Made by a program: the position numbers and the translations under genes
The notes under the pieces: model-generated
What the model saw: the letters and a program-made list of their open reading frames with translations, nothing else
What the model was told of the DNA's origin: nothing
Databases searched by the model: none
Source: Candidatus Omnitrophota bacterium
GTDB lineage: Bacteria > Omnitrophota > Gorgyraeia > Zapsychrales > JAHFFX01
Reading direction: 5' to 3'
DNA: 64,000 bases
Assembly: GCA_023247705.1 (NCBI GenBank)
Contig: JAHFFY010000001.1
Coordinates: forward strand, 33,358 to 97,357
Part shown: one piece after another, positions 37,394 through 47,419 of the stretch
Layout of the letters: the number at the start of each line of letters is the position of its first letter
Position numbering within the stretch: the stretch's first letter is position 1

Positions 37394-38566
37394 ATGAAAA
37401 AAATTCTGCTTCTATCAACGAATGCCGATGACGCACGTATTCTTCTTTGGTGTATGAGAGAAGCAAATTATGACTGTGTTGTGGCTGGTAATTTATCTCA
37501 GAATCGCGAATTGGAACATTTTCCTTTATGTCATAAACTTTATGCGATCCCAGAACAGTGGAGTATTGAGAAGAGGTCTCCGGAAATAATCCCCATTCTA
37601 GGGTCGATTATGGCGCATGAAAAAACCAGTATTTTATTGCCTACGGGATTTGAAAGTATAAAATTTTTAAGTCAGCATTACGAGAATGTCAAAAAATTTG
37701 GTCCGGTTATTCCTCTCCCAACGCTTGCGATGATCGATACCTTAAGCAATAAATTCAGTTTTGCGAAATTTTGTAAAGAGAATGATATCCCTCATCCGGA
37801 TATTTATCTTTTGGAAGATCTCGCGGTGGTTAGAGATAAAAAATTGCCTATTCGGTTTCCGTTATTAACCAAACCCTTGTCGATGTCAGCAGGGAAAGGG
37901 ATTTATGTGTTTCATAATGGAGATGAACTTTATAAATATCTGCAAGAAGGTCGCAGTGACCTATCCAATGCGCTGCCGTTGTTATTGCAAGAGTTCATTC
38001 CTGGACAAGATATTGATTTTAATGGTTTCGCACAAGATGGCCGTTTATGCGCCTGGACGATCCAAAAGGCGATTGAAATTCCTAGGGGCGACAAAGAACC
38101 TCTGCGCTGGATCCAATTTTTGCCTAATGACGAGGTCAAGAACATCGGAGAAAGGATCATCGAAAAGAGTGGATACTCCGGCCCAATCCATATTGATATG
38201 CGGGTGGATGAACGCAACGGCCAGGTAAAGTCGATCGAGATTAATCCGCGTTTTTGGGCGAGCACGTTTTATTCGATTTGCGACGGCGTCAATTTCCCGG
38301 CGATCGCAGTCCAATGCACCTGGGATCGTCAATACACCGCGACACCGAACAATTCCCATCGCATCTGGGGAACGCCGCATCGTATTCCACTTTTATTCTT
38401 ACAATATAAAGATTTAATCTTTCTTAAGTACGGTCTGCAGCATACTTGGTTGCAGGTGAAATTTGAGATTTTGAATCGTTATTTTAATTTTATCCAAAAT
38501 TATAATCAAAAGAATAAGAACGGTCATAAGAGTAATATTGCGGCTTTAGCCAATACAATTAAATGA
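37394..38566 (+). CDS. ATP-grasp enzyme (second copy in locus)
   Basis: FPLLTKP.SMSAGKGI, LLQEFIPG and EINPRFW motifs are present. Confidence 0.7.
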   Translation: MKKILLLSTNADDARILLWCMREANYDCVVAGNLSQNRELEHFPLCHKLYAIPEQWSIEKRSPEIIPILGSIMAHEKTSILLPTGFESIKFLSQHYENVKKFGPVIPLPTLAMIDTLSNKFSFAKFCKENDIPHPDIYLLEDLAVVRDKKLPIRFPLLTKPLSMSAGKGIYVFHNGDELYKYLQEGRSDLSNALPLLLQEFIPGQDIDFNGFAQDGRLCAWTIQKAIEIPRGDKEPLRWIQFLPNDEVKNIGERIIEKSGYSGPIHIDMRVDERNGQVKSIEINPRFWASTFYSICDGVNFPAIAVQCTWDRQYTATPNNSHRIWGTPHRIPLLFLQYKDLIFLKYGLQHTWLQVKFEILNRYFNFIQNYNQKNKNGHKSNIAALANTIK

Positions 38567-38703
38567 TTCTGCGCTAGATCATGACAGCTTATCTGTGTTA
38601 TTCATTAATCCGCAGAAAAGATGGGAAGCGGGTTTGAAAGTATTAATTTTTTATTGAAAATAGGCTAGCGAAAACGGTTTAATTTTAGAGAGAGACAGAA
38701 AAT

Positions 38704-40044
38704 ATGATCGGAACACTAAAAATTATAACGCCAATAATATTTTATTTCATTGGCATCATGTTCATTTTTGTCTCTTTTTCCGGAAAAGTGCGGTGGACGA
38801 TCTTGTTTATTACCTTTTTGTTGCCTTTACAAAATATTATCGATAAGTTGCAGCAATTTCCTTTTGGTAAAGATTATATTGATATCTTGCTCATTGCGAT
38901 GACATTTGGATGGGTCGTTGACGCTGCTCAATACAAGCGGAAAACGTTTGAGAAATCACCGATCAATACTATTGCGATTGTACTCATGTGCTATATCTAT
39001 TTGTCATTATGGAATGGGTATCTTTATTTGCACTATTTTGCCCCATTTGATCTATCGGATCCTCGGTTGAAATCCTGCAAAAATTTTCTTATTTTACCGT
39101 TTTTATATTTTTTGACATTTAATAATATCCATGACAAAAAATGGGTTTGGCGAACGTTTGCCATGATGTGTTTATCGATGGTATTTATGAATTACTATCT
39201 TCTGCGTCAGATTGAGATGTTTTCCACCATCACCTCCCGGGATAAAATACATGGCACATTCGTTGATCTTGGCCCCAATGAAATCGCGGCATTTTACAAT
39301 CAATACTCTATGATCTTGTTGAGCATCATCTTTTTTATGAAGAACAATTTAAAAAAAATTTTATTGTTTATACTTTTTTGTGTAAATATTTTTTGCGTCG
39401 CCTTTCTTTTTTCTCGCGGGGCTTATTTAGGACTTGTGGCAGGATTGTTTTTCCTCTTTGCCATCAAACGAAAAGTTCTTCTTATCCCGCTTATTTTAGC
39501 GCTCTTGGCCTGGCAAACTGTTTTGCCGGCTAACGTAAAAGCCCGAATTGAAATGACCACCAATGCGCAAGGGGAATTGGACCCTTCGGCGCAAGGTCGT
39601 ATCATCATCTGGGAGCAAAGTATCTCGTTATTCAAAAGTCAGCCTATTTTTGGTGTCGGGTATGCCGTATTCCGCGAGTTAGGATACGGGTTGGGAGATA
39701 CACACAATATTTATCTGAAAATACTGACGGAACAGGGAGTCATTGGATTTATTATATTTCTGGTTCTTATCGGGACATTGTTTCGGGAGGGCTGGAAACT
39801 ATTCAAACGGGGGGACGATGATATGTCGAAGGCTTTGGGATTAGGTTTTGCCGCGTGTATCATTGTTCTGCTGGTTAATAATCTTTTTGGAAACCGCTGG
39901 ACTCATCCTGTGTTAAGTTCTTATTTTTGGATCATTGCTGGCTTAGTGGCTCGTTGCAATGTGTTAGCGGATCAATCGAATAAAGAACAACATCCTAATC
40001 GGAAAAAAAGAGAAAGAAGCCCGAGACTTTATGGAAGAATCTAG
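38704..40044 (+). CDS. O-antigen ligase/polymerase-like integral membrane protein (Wzy_C type)
   Basis: At least 10 hydrophobic helices. A loop with FSRGAYLG and a periplasmic segment precede GVGYAVF...H, typical of the O-antigen-ligase-like family found in exosortase loci. Confidence 0.7.
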   Translation: MIGTLKIITPIIFYFIGIMFIFVSFSGKVRWTILFITFLLPLQNIIDKLQQFPFGKDYIDILLIAMTFGWVVDAAQYKRKTFEKSPINTIAIVLMCYIYLSLWNGYLYLHYFAPFDLSDPRLKSCKNFLILPFLYFLTFNNIHDKKWVWRTFAMMCLSMVFMNYYLLRQIEMFSTITSRDKIHGTFVDLGPNEIAAFYNQYSMILLSIIFFMKNNLKKILLFILFCVNIFCVAFLFSRGAYLGLVAGLFFLFAIKRKVLLIPLILALLAWQTVLPANVKARIEMTTNAQGELDPSAQGRIIIWEQSISLFKSQPIFGVGYAVFRELGYGLGDTHNIYLKILTEQGVIGFIIFLVLIGTLFREGWKLFKRGDDDMSKALGLGFAACIIVLLVNNLFGNRWTHPVLSSYFWIIAGLVARCNVLADQSNKEQHPNRKKRERSPRLYGRI

Positions 40045-41176
40045 TCCAATTCCAAAATATCATGTTCTTTTTCTGACGGATTGCTGTCCGGATCTTGCGG
40101 GAGGAGCGGAAAAACAAATTTATGAACTCAGTAAAAGAATCAACCCGAAATTATTCCGGGTTACGGTGATCAGCCTGGATCCTCAAGGCGTTATTCCACA
40201 GCATTTATTTAATGCCGTTGGATGCCAGATCAAAAATTTTCCAGTTAAAAAAATGTACGGACTATCGGGTATTTTACAAGGGATTCATTTTATTAAATTC
40301 TTAAAAAAAGAAAAAGTGGATATTGTTCTGACTTATCATTTTTGCTCTGATATCTGGGGATGCATTTTTGCGCATTTGGCCGGAGTGAAGCTGGTCGTTT
40401 CGAATCGAAGAGATATGGGGTTTTGGCGCAAAAGTTGGCATACCCTTGCTTATCGGATGATTCAACATTGGATAAATAAAATTATCGTGGTCTCTCATTC
40501 GGTCAAAGAAATTGTCAAGAAAACAGAAAATGTTCCTGATGATAAAATACAGGTCATTTATAACGGAATCGATCTTTCTGAAAATGGTCCCCCAAGCACA
40601 CCCGTCGTGTCTTTAAAGAAACAACTTGGAATCAATATGGATGAACCTGTTGTGATGCATGTCGCAAATTTTAAAACTGTTAAAGGACATGATTATTTAT
40701 TAGAGGCTATGGTTTCGGTGGTGAAGTCTGTTCCGAAAGTCAAGTTAGTTCTCATTGGTGAAGATGAAATGAACGGACGACTTCAGAATCTGGCTGTGCA
40801 ATTAGGGATCGATAAGAATTTGCTTTTTCTCGGCAAACGGGATGATGTCCAGAATTTATTACCCATGGCAGACATTTGTGTTTTGCCGTCCTTAAGCGAA
40901 GGGATGTCGAACGCTATTCTTGAATACATGAAATGGGGGAAGCCGGTGATTGCAACGCAAGTTGGAGGAAACCCAGAACTCATTGAAGAAGGACGAAGCG
41001 GACTGCTCGTTCCACCGAGAAATTCTCAAAGTTTAGGAATGGCCATGATCCATCTGCTTCGAGATCCCTTTTTATGCCGACAAATGGGAAAAAACGCAAG
41101 AAAAAGAGTAGAAGAGATATTTACGATCGAAAAAATGGTTCAAAACTACGAACAGCTTTTTGAATCTCTCATCTAA
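40031..41176 (+). CDS. Family 1 (GT4) glycosyltransferase
   Basis: ANFKTVKGH and SEGMSNAILEYMKWG (E-x7-E) motifs are present. Confidence 0.8.
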   Translation: MEESSPIPKYHVLFLTDCCPDLAGGAEKQIYELSKRINPKLFRVTVISLDPQGVIPQHLFNAVGCQIKNFPVKKMYGLSGILQGIHFIKFLKKEKVDIVLTYHFCSDIWGCIFAHLAGVKLVVSNRRDMGFWRKSWHTLAYRMIQHWINKIIVVSHSVKEIVKKTENVPDDKIQVIYNGIDLSENGPPSTPVVSLKKQLGINMDEPVVMHVANFKTVKGHDYLLEAMVSVVKSVPKVKLVLIGEDEMNGRLQNLAVQLGIDKNLLFLGKRDDVQNLLPMADICVLPSLSEGMSNAILEYMKWGKPVIATQVGGNPELIEEGRSGLLVPPRNSQSLGMAMIHLLRDPFLCRQMGKNARKRVEEIFTIEKMVQNYEQLFESLI

Positions 41177-41187
41177 TATGATTTCGC

Positions 41188-43089
41188 ATGGATACGATGC
41201 CAAAACGATTAACTGCAATTATTTCAATTTTCCTAATTTTATTAGCAGAAATATGTGCTGCGTCCTATATTGATACATTTCTATATTCATTTCATCGCAG
41301 GTTGTTAGTTTCGCGTTTTGTTTTTTTCTTAGTCGTGATGCTGAGTTTGTCTGTAGCGGTGCGATTAAAATCGAAGATAGCCGTTTTCGTGAGAGAATTC
41401 TTTTCAACGCCTGAACATCCTTTGAACTTGGCCGTTTTTCGGGTCGTTTTATTCGGGACGCTCTACCAAAGTTCGGATCTCGTCCAGTTGATTCAATTCA
41501 GCCAAATCCCTTCGGTCTTGATTTTCCCTCCGTTCGGTACAGAATGGATTCTTCGGTTTCTTCCGATCAATACCCATTTGGCGATTATCAGCTGGGTTAT
41601 TTTTCGTATTTTTTGCTTAAGCGCTATGATCGGTTATTGCACGCGCATTAGTATTTTAGGGACAATTCTTTCAGCGCTATATGTCTTGGGGATTCCCCAA
41701 TTTTTTGGCAAAGTTGATCATCCCTATCTTCACCTCATTTGGTTCGCCATGATTTTAAGCGTCAGTCCGTGTGCAGATCTTGGGTCAGTCGATGCATTAT
41801 TAACGTTAAAGAAGACGAAAGCTGTCAGCTTAAGAAAAATAACCCCATCTCTTGAATATGCATTACCATTACGCTTTGTCTGGTTACTCATAGGGATAAT
41901 TTATTTTTTTCCTGGCGTTTGGAAGTTATGGAAGGGTGGTTTTGATTGGGCACTGAGCGAGAATATACAATTCACGCTTTACCTTAAATGGTATGAATTT
42001 TCTGATTGGGTTTCTTCATTTCGGTTGGATCACCATCCCATTCTTTATCGCCTTTTTGGACTTGGAGCGATTGTTTTTGAACTCTCATTCATTTTCTTGA
42101 TTTTTCTACCGCGTATGCGTCTTTGGATTGCCGGTATAGGACTTTTATTCCATAATTTGACCAATCTTGTCTTTCGTATTTCCTTCTGGAATTTACAAAC
42201 CTGTTACGTTGCCTTTGTCAATTGGCATCAGGTTTTTCAAAAGATAGGGAAGAGGTTCTCTAGAGAAAAATTATATGTCATCTATGATGGACACTGTTCT
42301 TTTTGCATACAAACCGTCAACTGCTTGCAGATGTTTGATGTATTTGATCAATTGATATGTGTCAATGCGAATGATAGAAATCAATTAAATGTGCATCCCT
42401 TGTCTGGGCTTGATCGAGAGGCTATTTTAAAGGACATGCATGTTGTCGATGGAAAAAATGTTTATTTGGGTTTTTCCGCTTACCGTGCTTTAGCCAGACG
42501 GATTCCCATATGCTGGATATTCCTGCCGTTTTGCTATCTTGGTTTTGTGAATCGGATCGGCAATCAAGTTTACCGAACGATTGCGGATCATCGTCAATGT
42601 GCGATCAATGTGAACAAAACCTTTGAGGCCCAATCCCATCCCTTGCCTGGGTCTTCTTTAAATGGCATCGTTGTGGTCGGGATATTATCAGTATTGATGA
42701 ATATTTATGTTGGGACCAAACAGATCACCCAGGGCTGGCCGTTTGCCTGTTATCCTACCTTTTCTGATCTCGCCCATGGCACAACAACGACGATCGAGAT
42801 AGAAGCGGATAGTTTTAACGGCAAGAAAGTTGTCTTAACTCAACATCAAATGAGTAATAATTTTGAAGAACATCGTTTTCGCGGATTGTTAAGTAAAATC
42901 CTGGCAACCAAGGATAAAAAGCTACAAGAAATGCAACTAAACGCTTTATGGACACTTTACACGCGATATAATTCTCATTTAGGGAATATCAAGACTGTTT
43001 ACTTCTATCGTGTTGAACGGCTAACTTCTCCCGAAATGAAAAAACATAATTTGCTGAAACGAGAATTAATTCTGGTGAACGAATTTTAA
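41188..43089 (+). CDS. HTTM (vitamin-K-dependent gamma-carboxylase-like) membrane domain fused to a DCC-family thiol-disulfide oxidoreductase domain, plus an unknown C-terminal region
   Basis: The N-terminal polytopic region starts with the HTTM-style LNLAVFRVVLFG. It is followed by LYVIYDGHCSFCIQTVNCL (DCC/DUF393 DG-x-C-x-x-C motif). The last ~150 aa are unassigned. Confidence 0.6.
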   Translation: MDTMPKRLTAIISIFLILLAEICAASYIDTFLYSFHRRLLVSRFVFFLVVMLSLSVAVRLKSKIAVFVREFFSTPEHPLNLAVFRVVLFGTLYQSSDLVQLIQFSQIPSVLIFPPFGTEWILRFLPINTHLAIISWVIFRIFCLSAMIGYCTRISILGTILSALYVLGIPQFFGKVDHPYLHLIWFAMILSVSPCADLGSVDALLTLKKTKAVSLRKITPSLEYALPLRFVWLLIGIIYFFPGVWKLWKGGFDWALSENIQFTLYLKWYEFSDWVSSFRLDHHPILYRLFGLGAIVFELSFIFLIFLPRMRLWIAGIGLLFHNLTNLVFRISFWNLQTCYVAFVNWHQVFQKIGKRFSREKLYVIYDGHCSFCIQTVNCLQMFDVFDQLICVNANDRNQLNVHPLSGLDREAILKDMHVVDGKNVYLGFSAYRALARRIPICWIFLPFCYLGFVNRIGNQVYRTIADHRQCAINVNKTFEAQSHPLPGSSLNGIVVVGILSVLMNIYVGTKQITQGWPFACYPTFSDLAHGTTTTIEIEADSFNGKKVVLTQHQMSNNFEEHRFRGLLSKILATKDKKLQEMQLNALWTLYTRYNSHLGNIKTVYFYRVERLTSPEMKKHNLLKRELILVNEF

Positions 43090-43091
43090 AT

Positions 43092-44234
43092 ATGTATATA
43101 AGCGCATTCCCTACGTTAACCATAAAAACATTGTTTAATCCATTCCCGCAGCGGTCCTGGGATAGACATTTCCCTTTTCAAAAACCTATTTTTTTCTATC
43201 GGGGAGCGAATGCGGTTTGGAGTGCGGTTAAAATTTTAAAGTTGCCGCCCCAATCCCATGTCTTGGTCCCAGCCTATCATTGCGGGGTCGAAATAAGCGC
43301 AGTCCTGAAAGCAGGCGGATTCATTCAGTTTTATAATATTAAAAACGATTTGCTGGTTGATTTGGAGGATATCCAGCGAAAAATAAATCATGAAACAAAG
43401 GCGATTCTTGTGATTCACTATTTCGGATTTCCGCAACCCATCCGGGAAATTAAACGACTCTGCGATTCAAAAAAAATATTTTTAATCGAAGATTGCGCCC
43501 ACGCTTTGTTCGGCCGCATTCCAGAAGGAATGTTAGGCAGTTTTGGAGATGCCAGTATTTTCAGTTTTCAGAAAAGTCTTCCGGTCGCGGATGGAGGGGC
43601 GATGATCCTCAAGAAGGAAAAACTTGAAGAATCCCGGATGTTAAGACAACCGCCGGGATTAACCGTCCTGAGAGGTCTGAGCGTTTTATGGATGGAACAT
43701 CTAAAAATGTTCCATCAAACTGTTTATCAATTTTTAGAAGGATTCATTTTTAACCCTCTTCGGTATTTATTGAAACAATTAAAGAAAATTCCGACCGAAT
43801 CATTTCAAATTAAGACAGCAAGCACGCATGAATTTGACGAAGGACTGACCGTTCTTGGCATGTCGAATGTTTCCTTGAAGATCAGTCAAAACATTGATCC
43901 TGATCTTGTGATTCAAAAGCGCAGAAAAAATTTTCAATTTCTAAAAGAAGGATTAAAGAATGTTAAAGGAATTGCATTCCTTTATCACGATTTAGCAGAA
44001 GGGATTTGTCCTTTGTTTTTTCCGATCTTAGCGGATGATCGGAATTTTTTGCAGGAGAGACTAAATCAGAAATCAATCGGAACATTTATCTTCGGCAAGA
44101 TACTTCATCCCCATCTGCCGCGGGAAAAATTTCCGTCGGCTGAATTTGTTTCGAACAAAAACCTTTGTTTCCCCATTCATCAGGATTTAGACGAAATTCA
44201 TCTAAAATATATGATCGAAGCGATCACAGAATGA
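43092..44234 (+). CDS. DegT/DnrJ/EryC1/StrS-family PLP-dependent aminotransferase-like protein
   Basis: Family-typical blocks are VLVPAYHCGVEISA, LIEDCAHALFG and IFSFQKSLPVADGG (PLP-Lys context). Confidence 0.65.
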   Translation: MYISAFPTLTIKTLFNPFPQRSWDRHFPFQKPIFFYRGANAVWSAVKILKLPPQSHVLVPAYHCGVEISAVLKAGGFIQFYNIKNDLLVDLEDIQRKINHETKAILVIHYFGFPQPIREIKRLCDSKKIFLIEDCAHALFGRIPEGMLGSFGDASIFSFQKSLPVADGGAMILKKEKLEESRMLRQPPGLTVLRGLSVLWMEHLKMFHQTVYQFLEGFIFNPLRYLLKQLKKIPTESFQIKTASTHEFDEGLTVLGMSNVSLKISQNIDPDLVIQKRRKNFQFLKEGLKNVKGIAFLYHDLAEGICPLFFPILADDRNFLQERLNQKSIGTFIFGKILHPHLPREKFPSAEFVSNKNLCFPIHQDLDEIHLKYMIEAITE

Positions 44235-44235
44235 T

Positions 44236-45390
44236 ATGCGTATTGCTCATCTGATCAGCAGTAGCGGTTTTTTTGGAGCGGAGAAGGTTGTCTTAACCTT
44301 AGCCGAGGCCTTTTCCACGAAAGGAACGATGACATCCTTGGGAACAAGGCTGGATTTTGTTTCGATTGGGACACTGTTAGATCAACGACAACCGAATCTT
44401 ACCTTGCTGGAAAAGGCAAGAGAGAGAAAAATCTCAACTTTTACTCTCGAAAGTAGAGGCCGGTTTGATTTTCGTCCTGTATCGCAGTTGAAAGCTTATC
44501 TCAAGGTGAATAAAATCGACGTTCTTCACACGCATAATTATAAATCAGACTTGATTGGTTTTTGGGCAGCCCAATCCGCTGGGATCCCGGTTGTCGCCAC
44601 CGCGCACGGCTTTACTGATATGACGCAGACCGTGAGCATTTACGAAGGGTTGGACCGCTGGATGTTGAAACATTTTTTTGGAAAAGTGGTTGTGGTGACG
44701 AACCAGTTGTTGAAGGATTTTCCCGTTAAAAAGCGAGTGGTTATTCCTAATGGTGTTTTGCTGAATGATCAGAACTCAAATCGCATAAGACAAGATCTCC
44801 GACGAACTTTGGGCGTCAAAGATCAGGATTATCTTGTTGCGACCATAGGCCGGCTGAGCAAAGAAAAAAATCAGATCTTGTTTCTGGAAGCGGCACAGCA
44901 GTTGATTACGCGGCATCGTCATGTCAAATTTCTTATTGTTGGATCAGGACCAGAAGAACATAAATTAAAGCAAAAAGCGGAACAAATGAGATTATCAGCG
45001 AATGTGATATTCACCGGATTAATCAGTGATATATCCCCGATTTATCAAGCGATTGATTTGTTTGTTTTGTCATCACTGACGGAAGGAATTCCCATGACGA
45101 TCTTGGAGGCGATGGCCTCGCGCGTTCCTGTCGTTGCCACTCGGGTTGGAGGGGTTCCAGAATTGATTGATGATCGTAAAACTGGCTTGCTGGTTCCGTC
45201 AAATAATGCATTAAAACTTGCCGATCGGATCGAAGCCTTGATGTTGAATCAAGGTCTACAAAAAGAACTGACCATAAACGCATTTGAATTGGTCAAATCC
45301 AAATTTTCTTTAGACTCTATGGTGGAATCGTATCGAAAAGTATACCAAGACATTCTGCAGTCCCAAAAACTCATGGCGAAAGGCATTTAA
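44236..45390 (+). CDS. Family 1 (GT4) glycosyltransferase
   Basis: GRLSKEKN, GSGPE and TEGIPMTILEAMAS (E-x7-E) motifs are present. Confidence 0.8.
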   Translation: MRIAHLISSSGFFGAEKVVLTLAEAFSTKGTMTSLGTRLDFVSIGTLLDQRQPNLTLLEKARERKISTFTLESRGRFDFRPVSQLKAYLKVNKIDVLHTHNYKSDLIGFWAAQSAGIPVVATAHGFTDMTQTVSIYEGLDRWMLKHFFGKVVVVTNQLLKDFPVKKRVVIPNGVLLNDQNSNRIRQDLRRTLGVKDQDYLVATIGRLSKEKNQILFLEAAQQLITRHRHVKFLIVGSGPEEHKLKQKAEQMRLSANVIFTGLISDISPIYQAIDLFVLSSLTEGIPMTILEAMASRVPVVATRVGGVPELIDDRKTGLLVPSNNALKLADRIEALMLNQGLQKELTINAFELVKSKFSLDSMVESYRKVYQDILQSQKLMAKGI

Positions 45391-45453
45391 ACATTTCATT
45401 GATCAATTTGAGAAAGGTCAAATTTAAGTTGGGATAGGAGGTTATCAAATATC

Positions 45454-46650
45454 ATGAAGATTTTATTTGTTGCACCCCGTTTACCCGTCCCGGCTGATAC
45501 GGGAGGAAAAATTCGGACATTCAATCTTTTAAAACAAATCGCGAAAAAAGCCGAGACCAGATTGGTTTGTTTTTCCTTTGAGAAGGAAGATAAGGGACTG
45601 GCCAATGAGCTCGATAAAAATTTAGGTATTTTAACCTCCCTGATTCCGATGCTGCCGCTGGGGTTGATCAATAATATCAAAAATGTCTTAGCCGATCCTT
45701 TGCCGTATTCCATCATCAAATATTATTCACCGGCCATGGAGGAGACTTTAACCTCTTTCAAAGCAATCGGAACATTTGACGCGGTTCATATCGATCATTT
45801 GCATATGGGACATTACATCAAGTGTTTGAGTCCATTACCATGTATTCTGGATGAACATAATGTCGAATATAGAATTCTGGAACGTTGCGCCAAATTTGAA
45901 CGCTCATTTTTCAAACGGTGTTTTTTTTCACAACAAGTTCTCAAAATGAAAACCTTTGAAGCGAGTAAAATTCAGGAATGTTCTCAATTCTGCGCTGTCT
46001 CTGATGATGATCGTAAGGATCTTTTGACATTAGGCCAGGGAAAAGCCAAAGGACACACCATTGCTAATGGAGTGGATACGGAATATTTTCATCCTCAGGC
46101 GTTTACTTCTATGGAGGAAGAATCGTCCTTGGTTTTTACCGGATCGATGGACTGGTTGCCGAACGAAGATGCGGTCTTGTTTTTTTGCAAGGACATTCTG
46201 CCTCTGATCTGGAAAGATAAACCCGAGGTCAAATTTTATGTGGTGGGTAAGGCGCCTTCATCTGCGATCCAAGAACTTGCGCGCAAAGACCCCCGGATCA
46301 TCGTCACCGGTCGGGTCGATGATGTTCGTCCCATTATGGCGAAAGCAAAGGTTTTTGTTGTTCCGATGAGAGTTGGCGGGGGGACGCGATTGAAGATTCT
46401 GGAAGCCATGGCGATGCAAAAGGCCGTAGTCTCCACAAAAGTCGGAGCGGAAGGGATCCAATACACAGAAGGTAAAAATATCCTCATTGGAGATTCTCCT
46501 GAGGCATTTGCAAAGCAGGTGATTGCGGCTCTCAATGATTCGGCTAAAACCACTGAAATCGGAATTCTAGCAAGAGACCTGGTTTGTCGACAATATGATT
46601 GGAACAGTATTGGTGAACGATTATGGAGCATTTATGCAAAATTCGCCTAA
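45454..46650 (+). CDS. Family 1 glycosyltransferase of the PEP-CTERM/exosortase-associated sugar transferase type
   Basis: N-terminus MKILFVAPRLPVPADTGGKIRTFNLLK and a C-terminal GGGTRLKILEAMAM block. TAGGAGG lies upstream of the start. Confidence 0.7.
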   Translation: MKILFVAPRLPVPADTGGKIRTFNLLKQIAKKAETRLVCFSFEKEDKGLANELDKNLGILTSLIPMLPLGLINNIKNVLADPLPYSIIKYYSPAMEETLTSFKAIGTFDAVHIDHLHMGHYIKCLSPLPCILDEHNVEYRILERCAKFERSFFKRCFFSQQVLKMKTFEASKIQECSQFCAVSDDDRKDLLTLGQGKAKGHTIANGVDTEYFHPQAFTSMEEESSLVFTGSMDWLPNEDAVLFFCKDILPLIWKDKPEVKFYVVGKAPSSAIQELARKDPRIIVTGRVDDVRPIMAKAKVFVVPMRVGGGTRLKILEAMAMQKAVVSTKVGAEGIQYTEGKNILIGDSPEAFAKQVIAALNDSAKTTEIGILARDLVCRQYDWNSIGERLWSIYAKFA

Positions 46651-47419
46651 GCAAAATCCGATCGTGTTAATGTACCATGGCATCATCAGCCATCCGGATT
46701 CCATCCCAAATAATAGAGAACCGGGAGCGGACTTATATGATGTTTCGCTGGATCAATTTAATGCACAGATGGAATTTATAAAAACGTATGGGTATCCTGT
46801 GGTTAGGTTTGGTCATGAGGACGATCTCGGAAAGAAGAGAAATGTCGTAATGACATTCGACGATGGCGAGAGCAATAATTTTGATGGCGCGTTTGCTGTT
46901 CTCAGGAAGTTCGGCTTTCCGGCTTATTTCTTTGTAATCGTGCATCGGATTGGACGTCCCGGTTATATGAGCTGGGAAATGCTTCACGAATTAATTGCTA
47001 ATGGGATGATCATTGGATCACACGGTCTAAGTCACGCAATTTTAACTCAATGCACAAATCGGCAAATCGAAGAAGAGTTTACAGAATCCAAATCTATTTT
47101 AGAAAAAAATTTGAATTCCCAGGTGAATGATTTTTCTGTTCCCCGGGGTTTTTATAACGCAAGGGTTATCGAGGCCGCACGGAGGGCTGGTTATAAAAAT
47201 ATTTTTATCTCCACTAAACTTACGAACGAAGCCGATCATGGTATTGAACGAATCGCCATCAAGAGAAACTGGACGATGGAACGTTTTCAACAGAGTTTAG
47301 AAGGCCGAGTCTCTCTTGGCGAAATTATCTTGGATTTGATCAAAACTACTTGCAAAAAATTTTTCGGCGGGGCGATTTACAATCGTATCAGAAATAAATT
47401 ACTCGGTTCAAAATTATGA
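46634..47419 (+). CDS. Polysaccharide deacetylase (NodB-type), second copy
   Basis: MTFDDGESN and GSHGLSH motifs. ATG 46634 has GGAG upstream and overlaps the previous gene by 17 nt. Confidence 0.75.
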   Translation: MQNSPKQNPIVLMYHGIISHPDSIPNNREPGADLYDVSLDQFNAQMEFIKTYGYPVVRFGHEDDLGKKRNVVMTFDDGESNNFDGAFAVLRKFGFPAYFFVIVHRIGRPGYMSWEMLHELIANGMIIGSHGLSHAILTQCTNRQIEEEFTESKSILEKNLNSQVNDFSVPRGFYNARVIEAARRAGYKNIFISTKLTNEADHGIERIAIKRNWTMERFQQSLEGRVSLGEIILDLIKTTCKKFFGGAIYNRIRNKLLGSKL

